A stretch of DNA of 49,005 nucleotides from Sumerlaeia bacterium (GCA_040219255.1 JAVJSW010000040.1:1-49005), one strand, 5' to 3'; shown: positions 30,032 to 39,523, counted from the stretch's first letter. Notes: generated by a model from the sequence alone, not told the origin. Numbers and translations: made by a program.

Positions 30032-30730
30032 TCAGGCGAGGTCGAAGAGCAGGAACTCGCCCGCCGTTTCCGCCACCATCCGCACCACCGCTTCGTCCTC
30101 GACCGCCAGCGCATCGCCCGCGGCGAGGCTCTGGCCATGGACCGTCAGGCAGCCCGAGATGACCTGGATCCAAGCGGCCCGCCCCGGCGCGAGCGGCACT
30201 TCAAACTCCGCCCCGGCGGCCGGGCGGGCGGCGGAAAGCACCACGTCCTGGCCGATGCGGATCGAGCCGCCGCGCCCGTCCGGCGACGCCAGCGGCACCA
30301 GCCCGCCCCCGTCCAGCGTCTCGTCGAACGTCCGGTCCTGGTAACGCGGTTCGGTGTCTTGCTCCGCCGGCAGAATCCAGATTTGCAGCAGATGCACCGG
30401 ATCGGTCCGCGAGGCGTTGTATTCGCTGTGGGCGATGCCGCTGCCGGCGGACATGAACTGCACGCCTCCGCGGCCGACGACGGCCTCGTGGCCGGCCGTG
30501 TCCTTGTGCGCCAGATGCCCGCGCACCACGTACGTCAGGATCTCCATGTTGTCGTGCGGGTGCAGGCCAAAGCCGCGCCCCTGCTGGATGTGGTCCTCGT
30601 TGATGACCCGCAGCGACCGGAAGTTCATGTGCTTCGGATCGAAGTAGCCCGCGAACGAGAAGGTGTGATGGGATTGGAGCCAGCCATGGTTGCCGGCGCC
30701 GCGTTCGGCCGATTTGCGAAGTGTGAGCAT
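30032..30730 (-). CDS. Pirin family protein (YhhW-like)
   Basis: HGWLQSHHTFSF, LRVINED, HPHDNMEI, MSAGSGIAHSE, LLQIWI. Confidence 0.93.
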   Translation of the reverse strand: MLTLRKSAERGAGNHGWLQSHHTFSFAGYFDPKHMNFRSLRVINEDHIQQGRGFGLHPHDNMEILTYVVRGHLAHKDTAGHEAVVGRGGVQFMSAGSGIAHSEYNASRTDPVHLLQIWILPAEQDTEPRYQDRTFDETLDGGGLVPLASPDGRGGSIRIGQDVVLSAARPAAGAEFEVPLAPGRAAWIQVISGCLTVHGQSLAAGDALAVEDEAVVRMVAETAGEFLLFDLA

Positions 30731-30819
30731 GATTTCTTCCTCCTGAGAAGAATAGGACCGAGGAGCTTTTGCCGTCTCGGTTGCTGTTGTCTTGCCACGG
30801 GCTGGGCAATACGTCCAAT

Positions 30820-30834
30820 ATGCGCGAACGGCAT
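30820..30834. promoter_or_regulatory. LysR-type T-N11-A box
   Basis: ATGC-GCGAACG-GCAT dyad in the divergent pirin/LysR intergenic region. Confidence 0.5.
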
Positions 30835-30858
30835 TCTTGATATTAAGGAGCTATCGCC

Positions 30859-31776
30859 ATGGAACTGCGCCATCTGCGGTACTTCGTCGTCCTGGCCGAG
30901 GAACTGCACTTCACCCGGGCGGCGGAGCGGCTGCGCATGTCGCAACCGCCGCTGAGCGCCCAGATCAAAAACCTGGAGCAAGAGCTGGGCGCCGCGCTGT
31001 TTCTGCGCGACCGGCGCGGGGTGGAGCTGACGGAGGCCGGGCGGCGCTTTCTGCCGGAGGCGCGCCAAACGCTGGACCAAGCCGCGCGCGCCGCCCGCAT
31101 CGCCCGCGAAGCCGCCACCGGCTTGGGCGGCAGCCTCGCCATCGGAGTGTCGCCGAGCGTGGACCTGCGCCTGCTGCCGGAAGTGCTGCGCGGTTTCCGG
31201 GGCGACTTCCAGGCGGTCGAACTGGTTTTGCGAAACCTCTATCAATCAGAGATGCTTCAGGCCTTGCGCGACGGTGTGCTGGACGTGGGCTTTGTGCGGT
31301 TGCCCATTTCCGAGGCGGAGCAGCGCGGCCTCTCCCTGGAAAAAATCCACCAGGAACCCACTATCCTGGCGCTCGCGGCGGATCATCCGCTGGCGGCCGA
31401 GGCAGAGGTACCCTTCGCGAAACTCGACGGCGAGGCCTGTCTCCTGTGGCATCGCCACGTCGCCCCGGCGGCCTACGACCATGTGCTGGCAGCCTGCCGC
31501 GAGGCAGGCTTCACGCCCCGGCTGGAGTTCGAAGCGGACTCGCTCCAGACCGGGCTGGGGCTGGTCGCGGCGGGTCTGGCGATCGCCTTCGTCCCGGACT
31601 CGGCGCGGGTGCTCTGCCGGGAAGGGGTCGCCTATCGCCCCATCGCGGGGGGCGGGCCGATGCTGGAGCTGGGGATGGTCTGGCGGCCGAGGGCAAGCTG
31701 CGCGGCGCTGCCGGAATTCCTCGGGCGCCTGCGGGGCGTTGGGAAGGAATTGTCGAGAGCGGCGGACGGAGGCTGA
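30859..31776 (+). CDS. LysR family transcriptional regulator
   Basis: MELRHLRYFVVLAEELHFTRAAERLRMSQPPLSAQIKNLE; AAGGAG RBS; divergent from pirin. Confidence 0.96.
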   Translation: MELRHLRYFVVLAEELHFTRAAERLRMSQPPLSAQIKNLEQELGAALFLRDRRGVELTEAGRRFLPEARQTLDQAARAARIAREAATGLGGSLAIGVSPSVDLRLLPEVLRGFRGDFQAVELVLRNLYQSEMLQALRDGVLDVGFVRLPISEAEQRGLSLEKIHQEPTILALAADHPLAAEAEVPFAKLDGEACLLWHRHVAPAAYDHVLAACREAGFTPRLEFEADSLQTGLGLVAAGLAIAFVPDSARVLCREGVAYRPIAGGGPMLELGMVWRPRASCAALPEFLGRLRGVGKELSRAADGG

Positions 31777-31859
31777 GGGGAGCAGCACTTGAGGCCTGCG
31801 TTCTGAGAAACCGCTGAAATCAAGAACCAGCAATCCCCGCGGAATTGCCTGACAATTTC

Positions 31860-34800
31860 CTATTCCCCACCATCCGGCTCCGCCTCCGTGCCCATCCGTG
31901 GCGACTCTTCCTCATACTTCCCCGACGCCTTAAGGAGCGCTCGCACGGTGCCCTTGGGATCGCGGAGGAACCGGGGGGACCAGACGCGTTGCAGGTCCCA
32001 CCCTTGGCCTTCGAGAATGCCGCGGCGGAAGGCGTCCCATTCCACCGGGTCCTGGGCGCGGGCGTAGCGCGTGCCGTCGATCAGCACGCCGACGGTGACG
32101 TTCTCGGGACGCTGCGGGTGGGTCAGGGCCATATCGACGGCGAAGCCTTCGTTGCCATAGTACAGCATCGTGCCGCGTTTCCGTTCCGCCAAGAGGCGTT
32201 TCGCCAACGCCTCGCCCAGGCTGGACGGCGCCCGCGTGGGCCAGCGTTCGATGGCGGGCTCCAGGGCTTGCTCGTGAGTCTTGGGCGCGGGGGCGATTTC
32301 CGGGCCTTCCTCGGGGTCCCAGGGCGGGGCGCCGGCTTCCAACTCTTCGAGCCGCTGGCGGTCGCGATGGGCGTAGAGGGACTGCAGGCTCTCGGCCAGC
32401 GCCAGGTACCGCATCAGGTACCAGGCGCCGTTGGGGCGTTTGCCTTCGGGGACTTTCTCGCTGGCTGCAGAGCGGTAAACGGTTGCCGGGATGCTGGTGA
32501 CGAGATCGACCTGGAGCCGGGCGCGGGTGACGATGACGTTGAGCCGGCGTTCGCCCCCGGCCATCCCGAGCGGGCCGAAGCGCCGGTAGAATTTGCCTTG
32601 GGCGTTGGGGCCAAAGGTCGTGGAAATGATGATGTAGTCCCGTTCGTCGCCCTGCACGTTTTCCAGGTTCTTGACGAAGAGCCCCTCGAAGGAGCCCGAG
32701 CCCATGCGGTCGCGCGAGGCGGCGAGGGCCGCGCGGAATTCCGTATCGTCCTCGGCGGCGGCGTTCAGCTTCTCCTCGATCAGGTCGCGCTGGGGCAGGT
32801 TGAAGCTCACGATGCCAATGCTCGGCGGGTCCTCGCGGCGCAGCAGTCCCTTGACCAATTCCACCACGCGGTCGGCTTCGATTTCGTTCTGCCGGTTTTC
32901 GACGACGCCGTCCGCGTTGTGGAGTTGCAGCGCCGGTTCCAGGCGCCGGTTGTTCGGGTGGCCGGGGATGGCTTGCAGGCGGCTGTTGTAGAACGCTTCG
33001 TTGGAGAAAGCGATCAGGTCGGGGCTGGCGGAACGATAGTGGACGTCGAGGTAACTCTGCTCGATTTCGATGTTCAGCGAGGCGGAGAGAAGGTCCTCGA
33101 TTTCCGCCTGCTGGCTTTGAAAGAGTTCGTCCTCGTTGGCGCTTTCGAGTTCAAGGGCGTCGGTGCTGCTGATGGGGGCCGCCTGGAAGAAGGAGGTCGG
33201 CGGGAGCTGTTTTGTATCGCCAGCGATGACAATGTTCCGCCCGCGCACCAGGACCGGCAGGCCTTCCTCCAGCCGGCATTGGCTGGCTTCGTCGAAGATG
33301 ACGGCGTCGAAGAAGGGTTCGAGGGGAAAAATCTGGGCGGCGGTTTCCGGGCTCGTCATCCAGACGGGCCGCATGTCGAAGAGCGGATCGCCGCCTTCGA
33401 CGCCCCGGCCGGAATAGACCATTTCGCGGATGCGCGAGGCGTTCTTGCCCCGCAGCATCAGGCGCCGCCGCAGGTCCGCGCCGGTGCTGTTGAGCCGCGA
33501 GCCGCCGGTGGCCAGGAGGCGGTCTTTCTGGCGCTTGGCCCATTGGGCGGCGATTTGCTGCGCGACGAGGCCCCGCTTCTCCGCCTCCAGTTCGGCAAGG
33601 CGGGCGAAGTTGCCCTCGATGCGCGAGGGGTCGAACCGCGTCAGGCCTTTGCTGGCCGCCACCAGGGCCTTCGCCGTGGCGTAATAGACGCTGGAAACCA
33701 CGCGGTTCCAGGCCGCCATCGGGTCCAGGCCGTCGTCGGCGCAGGCCTTGAGCGCGCGGTTCAGCGCGGGCGAGAGGTGGCTCGATTCTTCTTCGAAGCG
33801 CAGCAACGGTTCGAGGCGCTCCAGGTCTTCCTTCAGTTTGCCGAGATCGTCGGCGATGGGGCGGTGGTGATAGAGTTTTTGGCGGAACGAGTCGCGGGCC
33901 GTTTCGTTGAGCAGACCGCTGGCGCCCAAGGCTTTATCGCAGGCTTCGATGCCGTCGATCTGCGACACGGCGCGTTCGAGCCGTTCGGCGGTTTCGAGGG
34001 ATTTTTCCGTGCTCGGGATCGCCGCCTGGGCCAGAGAAGCCATGGCTGGGGCGCGCTTGCCGACTTCGAGGCGCAGCGAGATGAGGCGTTCCAGATGCTC
34101 GACTTGCGTCAGGAGCCGCCCGTCCGACGGGTCGGCCTGGGGCAGGCGGCGCTGGACGAAGGCGCGCAGGAGGTTCTTGCCGTGGATGGTTTCCAGGAAG
34201 GCTTTGGCTTTCTCGGCGTTTTCCGGGCTGAGGCGCAGCCCCAGCGGGGCCAGCACTTTGCCCGCCGCGCGTTTTGGGCCGAACTTCAGGAACCCAAGGG
34301 CCCCATGGCATTCCACCAGGTAGGTGCTCAGGGCCGTTGACGCGCGGGCCACATCGTCGGGAGTCATGGGCGAGGCCTGATAGGCGAGCGCCAAATCCGC
34401 CGCCGGGGGCCGCCCCGCCAACGCCCGCGCCGGACCCAGGTCCTCCAGATCGCGCCGCAGATCGCGCAGTTTCGCCTCGGGCATTTCCGCCACGGTGCGG
34501 CGCAGGTTTTCCGGCACTTCCTTCGCCGCGCCCTTCAGGTGATCGGCCACCCAGCGATAGGCCTCGCGTTGATCGGCCAAGGGTTTCGCCACCTCGAAGG
34601 TGGGCAGGTCTGCGGTTTCCTTGGCCTCCAGGCGCCGGGCCAGTTCGATGCAGCGGTCGAGGGCTTTGCGCGATCGTTCGGGGTCGGCGGCCAGAAAATC
34701 GTCCAGGCTCAGAGCGCACCGCCCGCGCCAGGCGTTGTCGTCGAAGTCCGCTTCTGTCAGCCGTCCGTAAAGCCCGCGCACCTCGCCCTCGCGCGAGAGC

Positions 34801-36302
34801 AGGTCGTCGAGATCGACCGCCGCCAGTTCCTCGTCCTTGGGCTGCTCGGCGCCGGTGGCGAGCCAGTGGCCGACGAGGTCCTGGAGCCCGAGTCCGGAGC
34901 GTTCGTCGCGCGCGGCGAGGTCGGTGAAGGCCTCGCGCAGTTCGCCCAGGACACGGTCGATTTCCTTGTTCGCGCGGGCCAGGGGGCGCTCCGCATCGGC
35001 CGGGGGTTGGAGGTCCGTCAGCATTTCCAGGTCGTCACGAATGCCCTTGTAGAGGGCGGTGCGGTCGCGCTGGGCGTCGTGCACCACGGCGCAGAGGTGG
35101 CCGAGGCCCTTGGCGTCGAGGCGGTACTTCACCACGTCGAGGGCCGTGCGTTTCTCGCAGACCAGCAGGACGCGCTGGCCGCGGGCGAGGAAATCGCCGA
35201 TCATGTTGGTGATTGTCTGGCTCTTTCCCGTTCCCGGCGGCCCATGCACCACCAGGCCCCGGGTGTTGCGGGCGCGGACGACGGCCCGGCGCTGACACGG
35301 ATCGGCCAGATCGACCAGGTATTCGTCCGAAGCGGCAGGCATGGCGGTCGTGTCGGGGGCCACTTCGCCCTCGTAGGCGTTCTCGCCGAGGTCGATGAGG
35401 GATTCGCTCAGCGACACGAAGGGCGCCACCGTATCCGGCAAGGCCGGCATGCCTTGTAGTTCCTCCATGTCGCGGATGATCGATTGATTCCGCAGATGAT
35501 AGAGCCCCAGCACGGCGCACGGCAGGATCGCCGGGTTGGGCGGCAGATCGCTCAACTCGGGCACCGGCTCGATGGGCCAGTCGGTCAGGTCCGGAGGGTC
35601 CGCGATGCCCATCGCTTCGGCCACGTGCTCGGTGATTTCCTGCACCTCGCGGGCCGGATCGGTGCCTTCCTCGTCCTCGAAGAGATCGTCCGGATAGGGG
35701 GCTTCGAGCTGGCGTTCGACCCACGTTTTCAGCGCCGCGTTGGGAATGACGCGGTCGGCGCCTTTTTCCATGCACGTCAGGCGCAGGCTGGGCCGGGCGC
35801 CCTGGCTGACCTTGATGCCGACCGGCACAAAGGCGAGCGGCGCCAGAATGCGCGCCGGGCCGCCGCGGGTGCGCCGCGCCGCCTGGGGAATGGACAGCAG
35901 CGGATAGCCGACATAGAGCACGTAGCTGCCGGTGTCCTTATGATAGCTGTCCGCGTCCGAAGCGATCACCGAGAGTTTGCGCAGAATGCGCGCGCGTTGC
36001 TCCATTTGCTCGCGCTTGCGGCGTTGGGGAGCCGGTTCCGGGTCCGCGTCGGCGGCGGGTTTCGGCGGCAGGTTCTCGATGTCCGGCTTCAGGGCCACCT
36101 TCTCGTCCGGGCTGAGCAGCGCCTGCAAGAGAGCGCTCGGCGGCTGATCGCCGGCCAACTTGCCCAGGAGCGAGAAGTCGATGCGCTGGCGGCTGTTCCC
36201 CGGATAGCAGTTAATGGCCGCCCCGCGGGCGAGGGCGTTGTACAGCCGCTCGATCAACGCATCGAGCACGCGGGCACCTTGGGGGGGCATGGGGGAAGAC
36301 AT
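31860..36302 (-). CDS. DUF4011-like / SF1 (Upf1-like) helicase / Vsr-like nuclease multidomain protein (Hhe-like defence candidate)
   Basis: N-terminal DTGSYVLYVGYP...APL; Walker A GPPGTGKS; DEASQ; GDTKQLPP; HYRS; ENVQGDERD; RRLNVIVTRAR; C-terminal VDMA...DG...LEGQGWDLQRVWS. Start 36302 or 36290. Confidence 0.85.
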   Translation of the reverse strand: MSSPMPPQGARVLDALIERLYNALARGAAINCYPGNSRQRIDFSLLGKLAGDQPPSALLQALLSPDEKVALKPDIENLPPKPAADADPEPAPQRRKREQMEQRARILRKLSVIASDADSYHKDTGSYVLYVGYPLLSIPQAARRTRGGPARILAPLAFVPVGIKVSQGARPSLRLTCMEKGADRVIPNAALKTWVERQLEAPYPDDLFEDEEGTDPAREVQEITEHVAEAMGIADPPDLTDWPIEPVPELSDLPPNPAILPCAVLGLYHLRNQSIIRDMEELQGMPALPDTVAPFVSLSESLIDLGENAYEGEVAPDTTAMPAASDEYLVDLADPCQRRAVVRARNTRGLVVHGPPGTGKSQTITNMIGDFLARGQRVLLVCEKRTALDVVKYRLDAKGLGHLCAVVHDAQRDRTALYKGIRDDLEMLTDLQPPADAERPLARANKEIDRVLGELREAFTDLAARDERSGLGLQDLVGHWLATGAEQPKDEELAAVDLDDLLSREGEVRGLYGRLTEADFDDNAWRGRCALSLDDFLAADPERSRKALDRCIELARRLEAKETADLPTFEVAKPLADQREAYRWVADHLKGAAKEVPENLRRTVAEMPEAKLRDLRRDLEDLGPARALAGRPPAADLALAYQASPMTPDDVARASTALSTYLVECHGALGFLKFGPKRAAGKVLAPLGLRLSPENAEKAKAFLETIHGKNLLRAFVQRRLPQADPSDGRLLTQVEHLERLISLRLEVGKRAPAMASLAQAAIPSTEKSLETAERLERAVSQIDGIEACDKALGASGLLNETARDSFRQKLYHHRPIADDLGKLKEDLERLEPLLRFEEESSHLSPALNRALKACADDGLDPMAAWNRVVSSVYYATAKALVAASKGLTRFDPSRIEGNFARLAELEAEKRGLVAQQIAAQWAKRQKDRLLATGGSRLNSTGADLRRRLMLRGKNASRIREMVYSGRGVEGGDPLFDMRPVWMTSPETAAQIFPLEPFFDAVIFDEASQCRLEEGLPVLVRGRNIVIAGDTKQLPPTSFFQAAPISSTDALELESANEDELFQSQQAEIEDLLSASLNIEIEQSYLDVHYRSASPDLIAFSNEAFYNSRLQAIPGHPNNRRLEPALQLHNADGVVENRQNEIEADRVVELVKGLLRREDPPSIGIVSFNLPQRDLIEEKLNAAAEDDTEFRAALAASRDRMGSGSFEGLFVKNLENVQGDERDYIIISTTFGPNAQGKFYRRFGPLGMAGGERRLNVIVTRARLQVDLVTSIPATVYRSAASEKVPEGKRPNGAWYLMRYLALAESLQSLYAHRDRQRLEELEAGAPPWDPEEGPEIAPAPKTHEQALEPAIERWPTRAPSSLGEALAKRLLAERKRGTMLYYGNEGFAVDMALTHPQRPENVTVGVLIDGTRYARAQDPVEWDAFRRGILEGQGWDLQRVWSPRFLRDPKGTVRALLKASGKYEEESPRMGTEAEPDGGE

Positions 36303-36605
36303 GGCGGCGTTGGGGCTCCTTGGCGGGGGCGAGTGGGGCGGAGGGACAATGGGCGAGCAAAATCGGGGACTCAACGGCAATGCGGAGGCGGAGCATGAGG
36401 TGAGAAGGCCTTCGCAGCGAGAGGGGTCACCACGGATGGGCGCGGACCGGGAATCGGATAGGGGACTTCCCGCGGCGCTCTTGGCGCGGGCCCGAGGGAT
36501 TTGCGGTCGCGTAGGGTTGGGGAGGGAATGGGAATGGTTCGTCATGGCAGAGGGGCCGCCTGGGATTCGGGATCGAACTGGTGGGAGGCTCTCACAGCCC
36601 TGTCG

Positions 36606-36682
36606 GTTTGTCCCCTCATGTGGAGCTTCGGGGACAAGAAAGACAAAATACACTTGTTGCACTTATCAGACAAAAGGGACTT
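36606..36682. repeat. 50-bp repeat copy 2 plus an extra AGACAAAA-N3-ACTT unit
   Basis: Matches 3555-3604; AGACAAAA-N3-ACTT occurs at 36641 and 36668 (27 bp apart) and at 3590. Confidence 0.8.
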
Positions 36683-36778
36683 ACGGGCGGGTAAGTCGAG
36701 GAAGGGGAGGGCTTTGGAGGTGGCGAGGGGAAGGGATTTCACCGCAGAGGCGCAGGGGACGCAGAGGTTGGGGGAGCG

Positions 36779-37343
36779 GGCAAAACCCCGGCGCTGGGTG
36801 ACGATCAGGCGAGGGCGCTGCTGGCGGCGCCTCCGGGCGATTTTGTCGATGCTGCTCTATCACGGCCTGCGGCGCGAGGAGCTGTGCCGCCTGCGGGTCG
36901 GCGACATGGAAGCCCGGCGCGGGGTGGCGCATCCGCGGGTCTTCGGCAAGGGGGCGAAGGTGCGCTATGTGCCGCTTCATCCGGCGACGGGGCGCCTGGT
37001 GCACGAGTACCTGGAGGCGGCTGGTCACGGGGGCGACGGTGGCGGTGCGCTGTTCCGGCCCGTGGTCAATAATGCGACGCCGGAAGGCCTTGCGCGAGGG
37101 CTCGATTCGGGGAGCGTCCATCGCGAAATCGTCGCGCGTTACTGCCGCAAAGCGGGCATCGCCGCCTCAGGCCGTGGCCCCCACGCCCTGAGGGCCACGG
37201 CCGCGACAAACGCCCTCGACCACGGCGCCGACATCGCCCGGGTCCAGGCCTGGCTCGGCCACGCGGATATCTCGACTACGAAGCTGTACGATCGGCGCGG
37301 GGAGCGGCCGGAGGAGAGCCCGACGTTTCGGGTGGAATATTGA
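36779..37343 (+). pseudogene. Tyrosine recombinase/integrase, 5'-truncated and frameshifted
   Basis: Catalytic HGLRREE, GKGAK, HALRAT, LGHADISTTKLY; the upstream GKTPALGDDQARALLAAP lies in a different frame (shift near 36833); no N-terminal domain. Confidence 0.8.
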
Positions 37344-37396
37344 GGAAAATATGGCCCGAAACCACGAGAAAATAATGCTGGAAGGCTTCCACAGAC

Positions 37397-37512
37397 TTAG
37401 AGCGTGTCCGAACTTCCTTTGACTGAGACCACTGGGTTTGGTAACCTCTCGCCATGTCTTCTCACGCTCCCGTTACGACATCGATTTGACCGGTGCGCAG
37501 TGGCCCGTGCTG
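37397..37512 (+). mobile_element. IS5-family left-end remnant
   Basis: TTAGAGCGTGTCC resembles IS5-family termini; 37471-37512 translates RYDIDLTGAQWPVL, like the IS5 transposase N-terminal RYPSDLTDAQW motif, then breaks off. Confidence 0.6.
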
Positions 37513-37550
37513 TGCGTGATAGTTACTAAGAACAACACAGTAGCGCCCAA

Positions 37551-37895
37551 TCATATCATCATTGATGCGTACAACCTCATTACATCATCAAAATCATTAG
37601 CATTGTAACCCGGAATAGTCGCCATATCGTGATAATTTGGCAACCTTGGTGTACAAACACCAAAATGCCGAGTAAATTTCATTACTTTGGCAACACCAAT
37701 CCATCCATATCCTTTTCTCCTAATCTCGATACTATTAAATATACAAATACAGGCATAAATAAATACATTGGAAGCTGCGACAGCAAAAGCTGTTATTGTA
37801 ATAGTTATTTGCAATTCCGCTGCAGCAATTAAAGCCAACGCAAGAAAGGCCCCTAGAAAATATGGCCACCATTGACGTAGTGAAGCGCTCATCAT
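37551..37895 (-). CDS. Small AT-rich membrane protein, putative Rhs immunity protein
   Basis: ATG overlaps the toxin stop (ATGA); two hydrophobic segments; very low GC. Confidence 0.6.
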   Translation of the reverse strand: MMSASLRQWWPYFLGAFLALALIAAAELQITITITAFAVAASNVFIYACICIFNSIEIRRKGYGWIGVAKVMKFTRHFGVCTPRLPNYHDMATIPGYNANDFDDVMRLYASMMI

Positions 37896-38428
37896 TCGCA
37901 ACAGTCCGAACATTCTTCTCGACAGTCTTCGACGTCGTTATAGAAGTCTAAAAGAGCATTCTCCCTAGCAGTAGATGCGTCACCATAACAATTAGCGACC
38001 ATCGCAGCTGCTATTGTCATACAGGTAGCAATACATGCCATGTGGGGCGGAGTCCCAGGGCCCAAATGTGTACATCCAGCTGCACAACCTATAAGGGTAA
38101 GATTTGCGTTACGCATGCAATTTTCCAAGTTGTTTTGCGCTTTTGCAAGCTCATTTTGATAATTTCTCTCAGCCCTATTTACACACTGACCCATACACTC
38201 GCCCTTGGTTTTGCCTTCGGGGCACAAACCCGTCGGATCCAAATATCTAACTGGGTTTTGCATAGCAAAATTGTAAGGATGCTCCAATGAAGGAGGAATA
38301 GGCGCCTCCGACAAGAAAACCCCAATCTTCCCATTGTACCACCTCTGATACATATAAACCAGCCCCAGATCCCCATCGAATTCCTTCCTGAAAGGGCCCC
38401 TGAAATGAACCACTTCCTCACCTGTCAC
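37892..38428 (-). CDS. Orphan Rhs core fragment with Cys-rich C-terminal toxin-like domain
   Basis: KEFDGDLGLVYMYQRWY...FLSEAP...YNFAMQNPVRYLDPTGL (Rhs-associated core, DPxG cleavage motif); no YD-repeat cage upstream. Confidence 0.8.
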   Translation of the reverse strand: MTGEEVVHFRGPFRKEFDGDLGLVYMYQRWYNGKIGVFLSEAPIPPSLEHPYNFAMQNPVRYLDPTGLCPEGKTKGECMGQCVNRAERNYQNELAKAQNNLENCMRNANLTLIGCAAGCTHLGPGTPPHMACIATCMTIAAAMVANCYGDASTARENALLDFYNDVEDCREECSDCCE

Positions 38429-38500
38429 TCAATCGTGGAGCACAGGCGTGTAGCTGTCCAGAAGGATCACCGTGAGATCAGTTTCTCGCTCCATCGGCAG

Positions 38501-39523
38501 TCACTTGAGCCATTCCTCCGCGAGTTTGTTCGTCTGCTGCGAAGCGTTGCTGGCGCGGCGGCGCTGAGCGAGGCGTTCGTAGCGGTCGGGCAAAGAGCAC
38601 AGAAAGTCGCGTGCGCGGGCGGCCTCGGCGCTCAGCGGCCCGGCGAGGTGTTCGAGGTTCCAGAACTCAATGAGATGGCGGAGAATGTCGGTGTAGTCGT
38701 TGGCGGTATAGACCTGCATTTGCTCGGCCACGGTGACGAAGGATTTGAAGAGGTCTCCTCCGGATTCATCGGTCATGTTCACGGCGGGCATGACGATGGC
38801 ACGGCGCAACATGTCCTCGGCGGCGGGAAGAAATCCGTTGGGATCGATTTCGAGGGCTCTCTGGGCGAAGCCCTTGTAGGCCTGCTTGTGCCGCGCTTCA
38901 TCGGTGGAGATGGTCGTGCAGATCCGCTGGAGGGTACTGTCGCCCACGTCGCGTGCGAGGCGGCCGACGTTGCTATGTGAAATGCGTGTGGCACGTTCCT
39001 GAAACGAGGTGTAGACGAAAGCGCGATAGGGATCGTTTTGTGTGCCGGGATCGAAGCCGTCGCGGATGAGCCGTTGAATGGTGTTTTCGACGGAGCGCAT
39101 GTTCACACGTCCGGACAGGTAGAGCCAGCGGTTGAGCAAGTCGCCGTGGCGATTCTCCTCCGCGGTCCACCCGCGCATCCATTTTGCCCAAGGCCGCTCC
39201 GACTCGCCGCTGTGATCGCGCATGGCGTCGAGGCGGCTTAGCCATGCGTGGTAGGTGGGGAGGGCTTCTTCGGTAATCATGTCGCCGATGAGGACGATGA
39301 GCAGATCGCGAGGAAGTTCGTCCGCCATTTGACGAAGCAATTGGACCTTCTCGTGCCAACCTTCCTCGGTCAGTTCGGGAAGCAGGTCAGTGGGCTGCCA
39401 ACACTTCTCCGTGGGCCTCAGATAGCTCATCTCCGGGCCGATGTGCTTTTCGATTTCCTCGACGACTTCGAGTCGAAGGGCTTCTTTTTTCACTGATTCA
39501 GGAAGGGACATGATGGCTTTCAC
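38501..39523 (-). CDS. Soluble acyl-ACP desaturase (di-iron, FA_desaturase_2 / DesA-like)
   Basis: WQPTDLLP, MITEEALPTY, WTAEENRHGDLL, YTSFQERAT, DEARH. Start GTG 39523 or ATG 39511. Confidence 0.93.
   Translation of the reverse strand: MKAIMSLPESVKKEALRLEVVEEIEKHIGPEMSYLRPTEKCWQPTDLLPELTEEGWHEKVQLLRQMADELPRDLLIVLIGDMITEEALPTYHAWLSRLDAMRDHSGESERPWAKWMRGWTAEENRHGDLLNRWLYLSGRVNMRSVENTIQRLIRDGFDPGTQNDPYRAFVYTSFQERATRISHSNVGRLARDVGDSTLQRICTTISTDEARHKQAYKGFAQRALEIDPNGFLPAAEDMLRRAIVMPAVNMTDESGGDLFKSFVTVAEQMQVYTANDYTDILRHLIEFWNLEHLAGPLSAEAARARDFLCSLPDRYERLAQRRRASNASQQTNKLAEEWLK

Noticed and set aside
5380-31839. 13-bp CCAGCAATCCCCG shared (inverted) downstream of the RM and helicase genes
   Set aside because: Too short to separate from chance without genome-wide counts.
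31845-34340. 831-aa plus-strand ORF
   Set aside because: Antisense to the helicase gene, which carries all the recognisable motifs.
36303-36778. Long N-terminal extensions of the helicase (to 36662) and recombinase (from 36501) ORFs
   Set aside because: Low-complexity translations through repeat and intergenic DNA; conserved sequence starts later.
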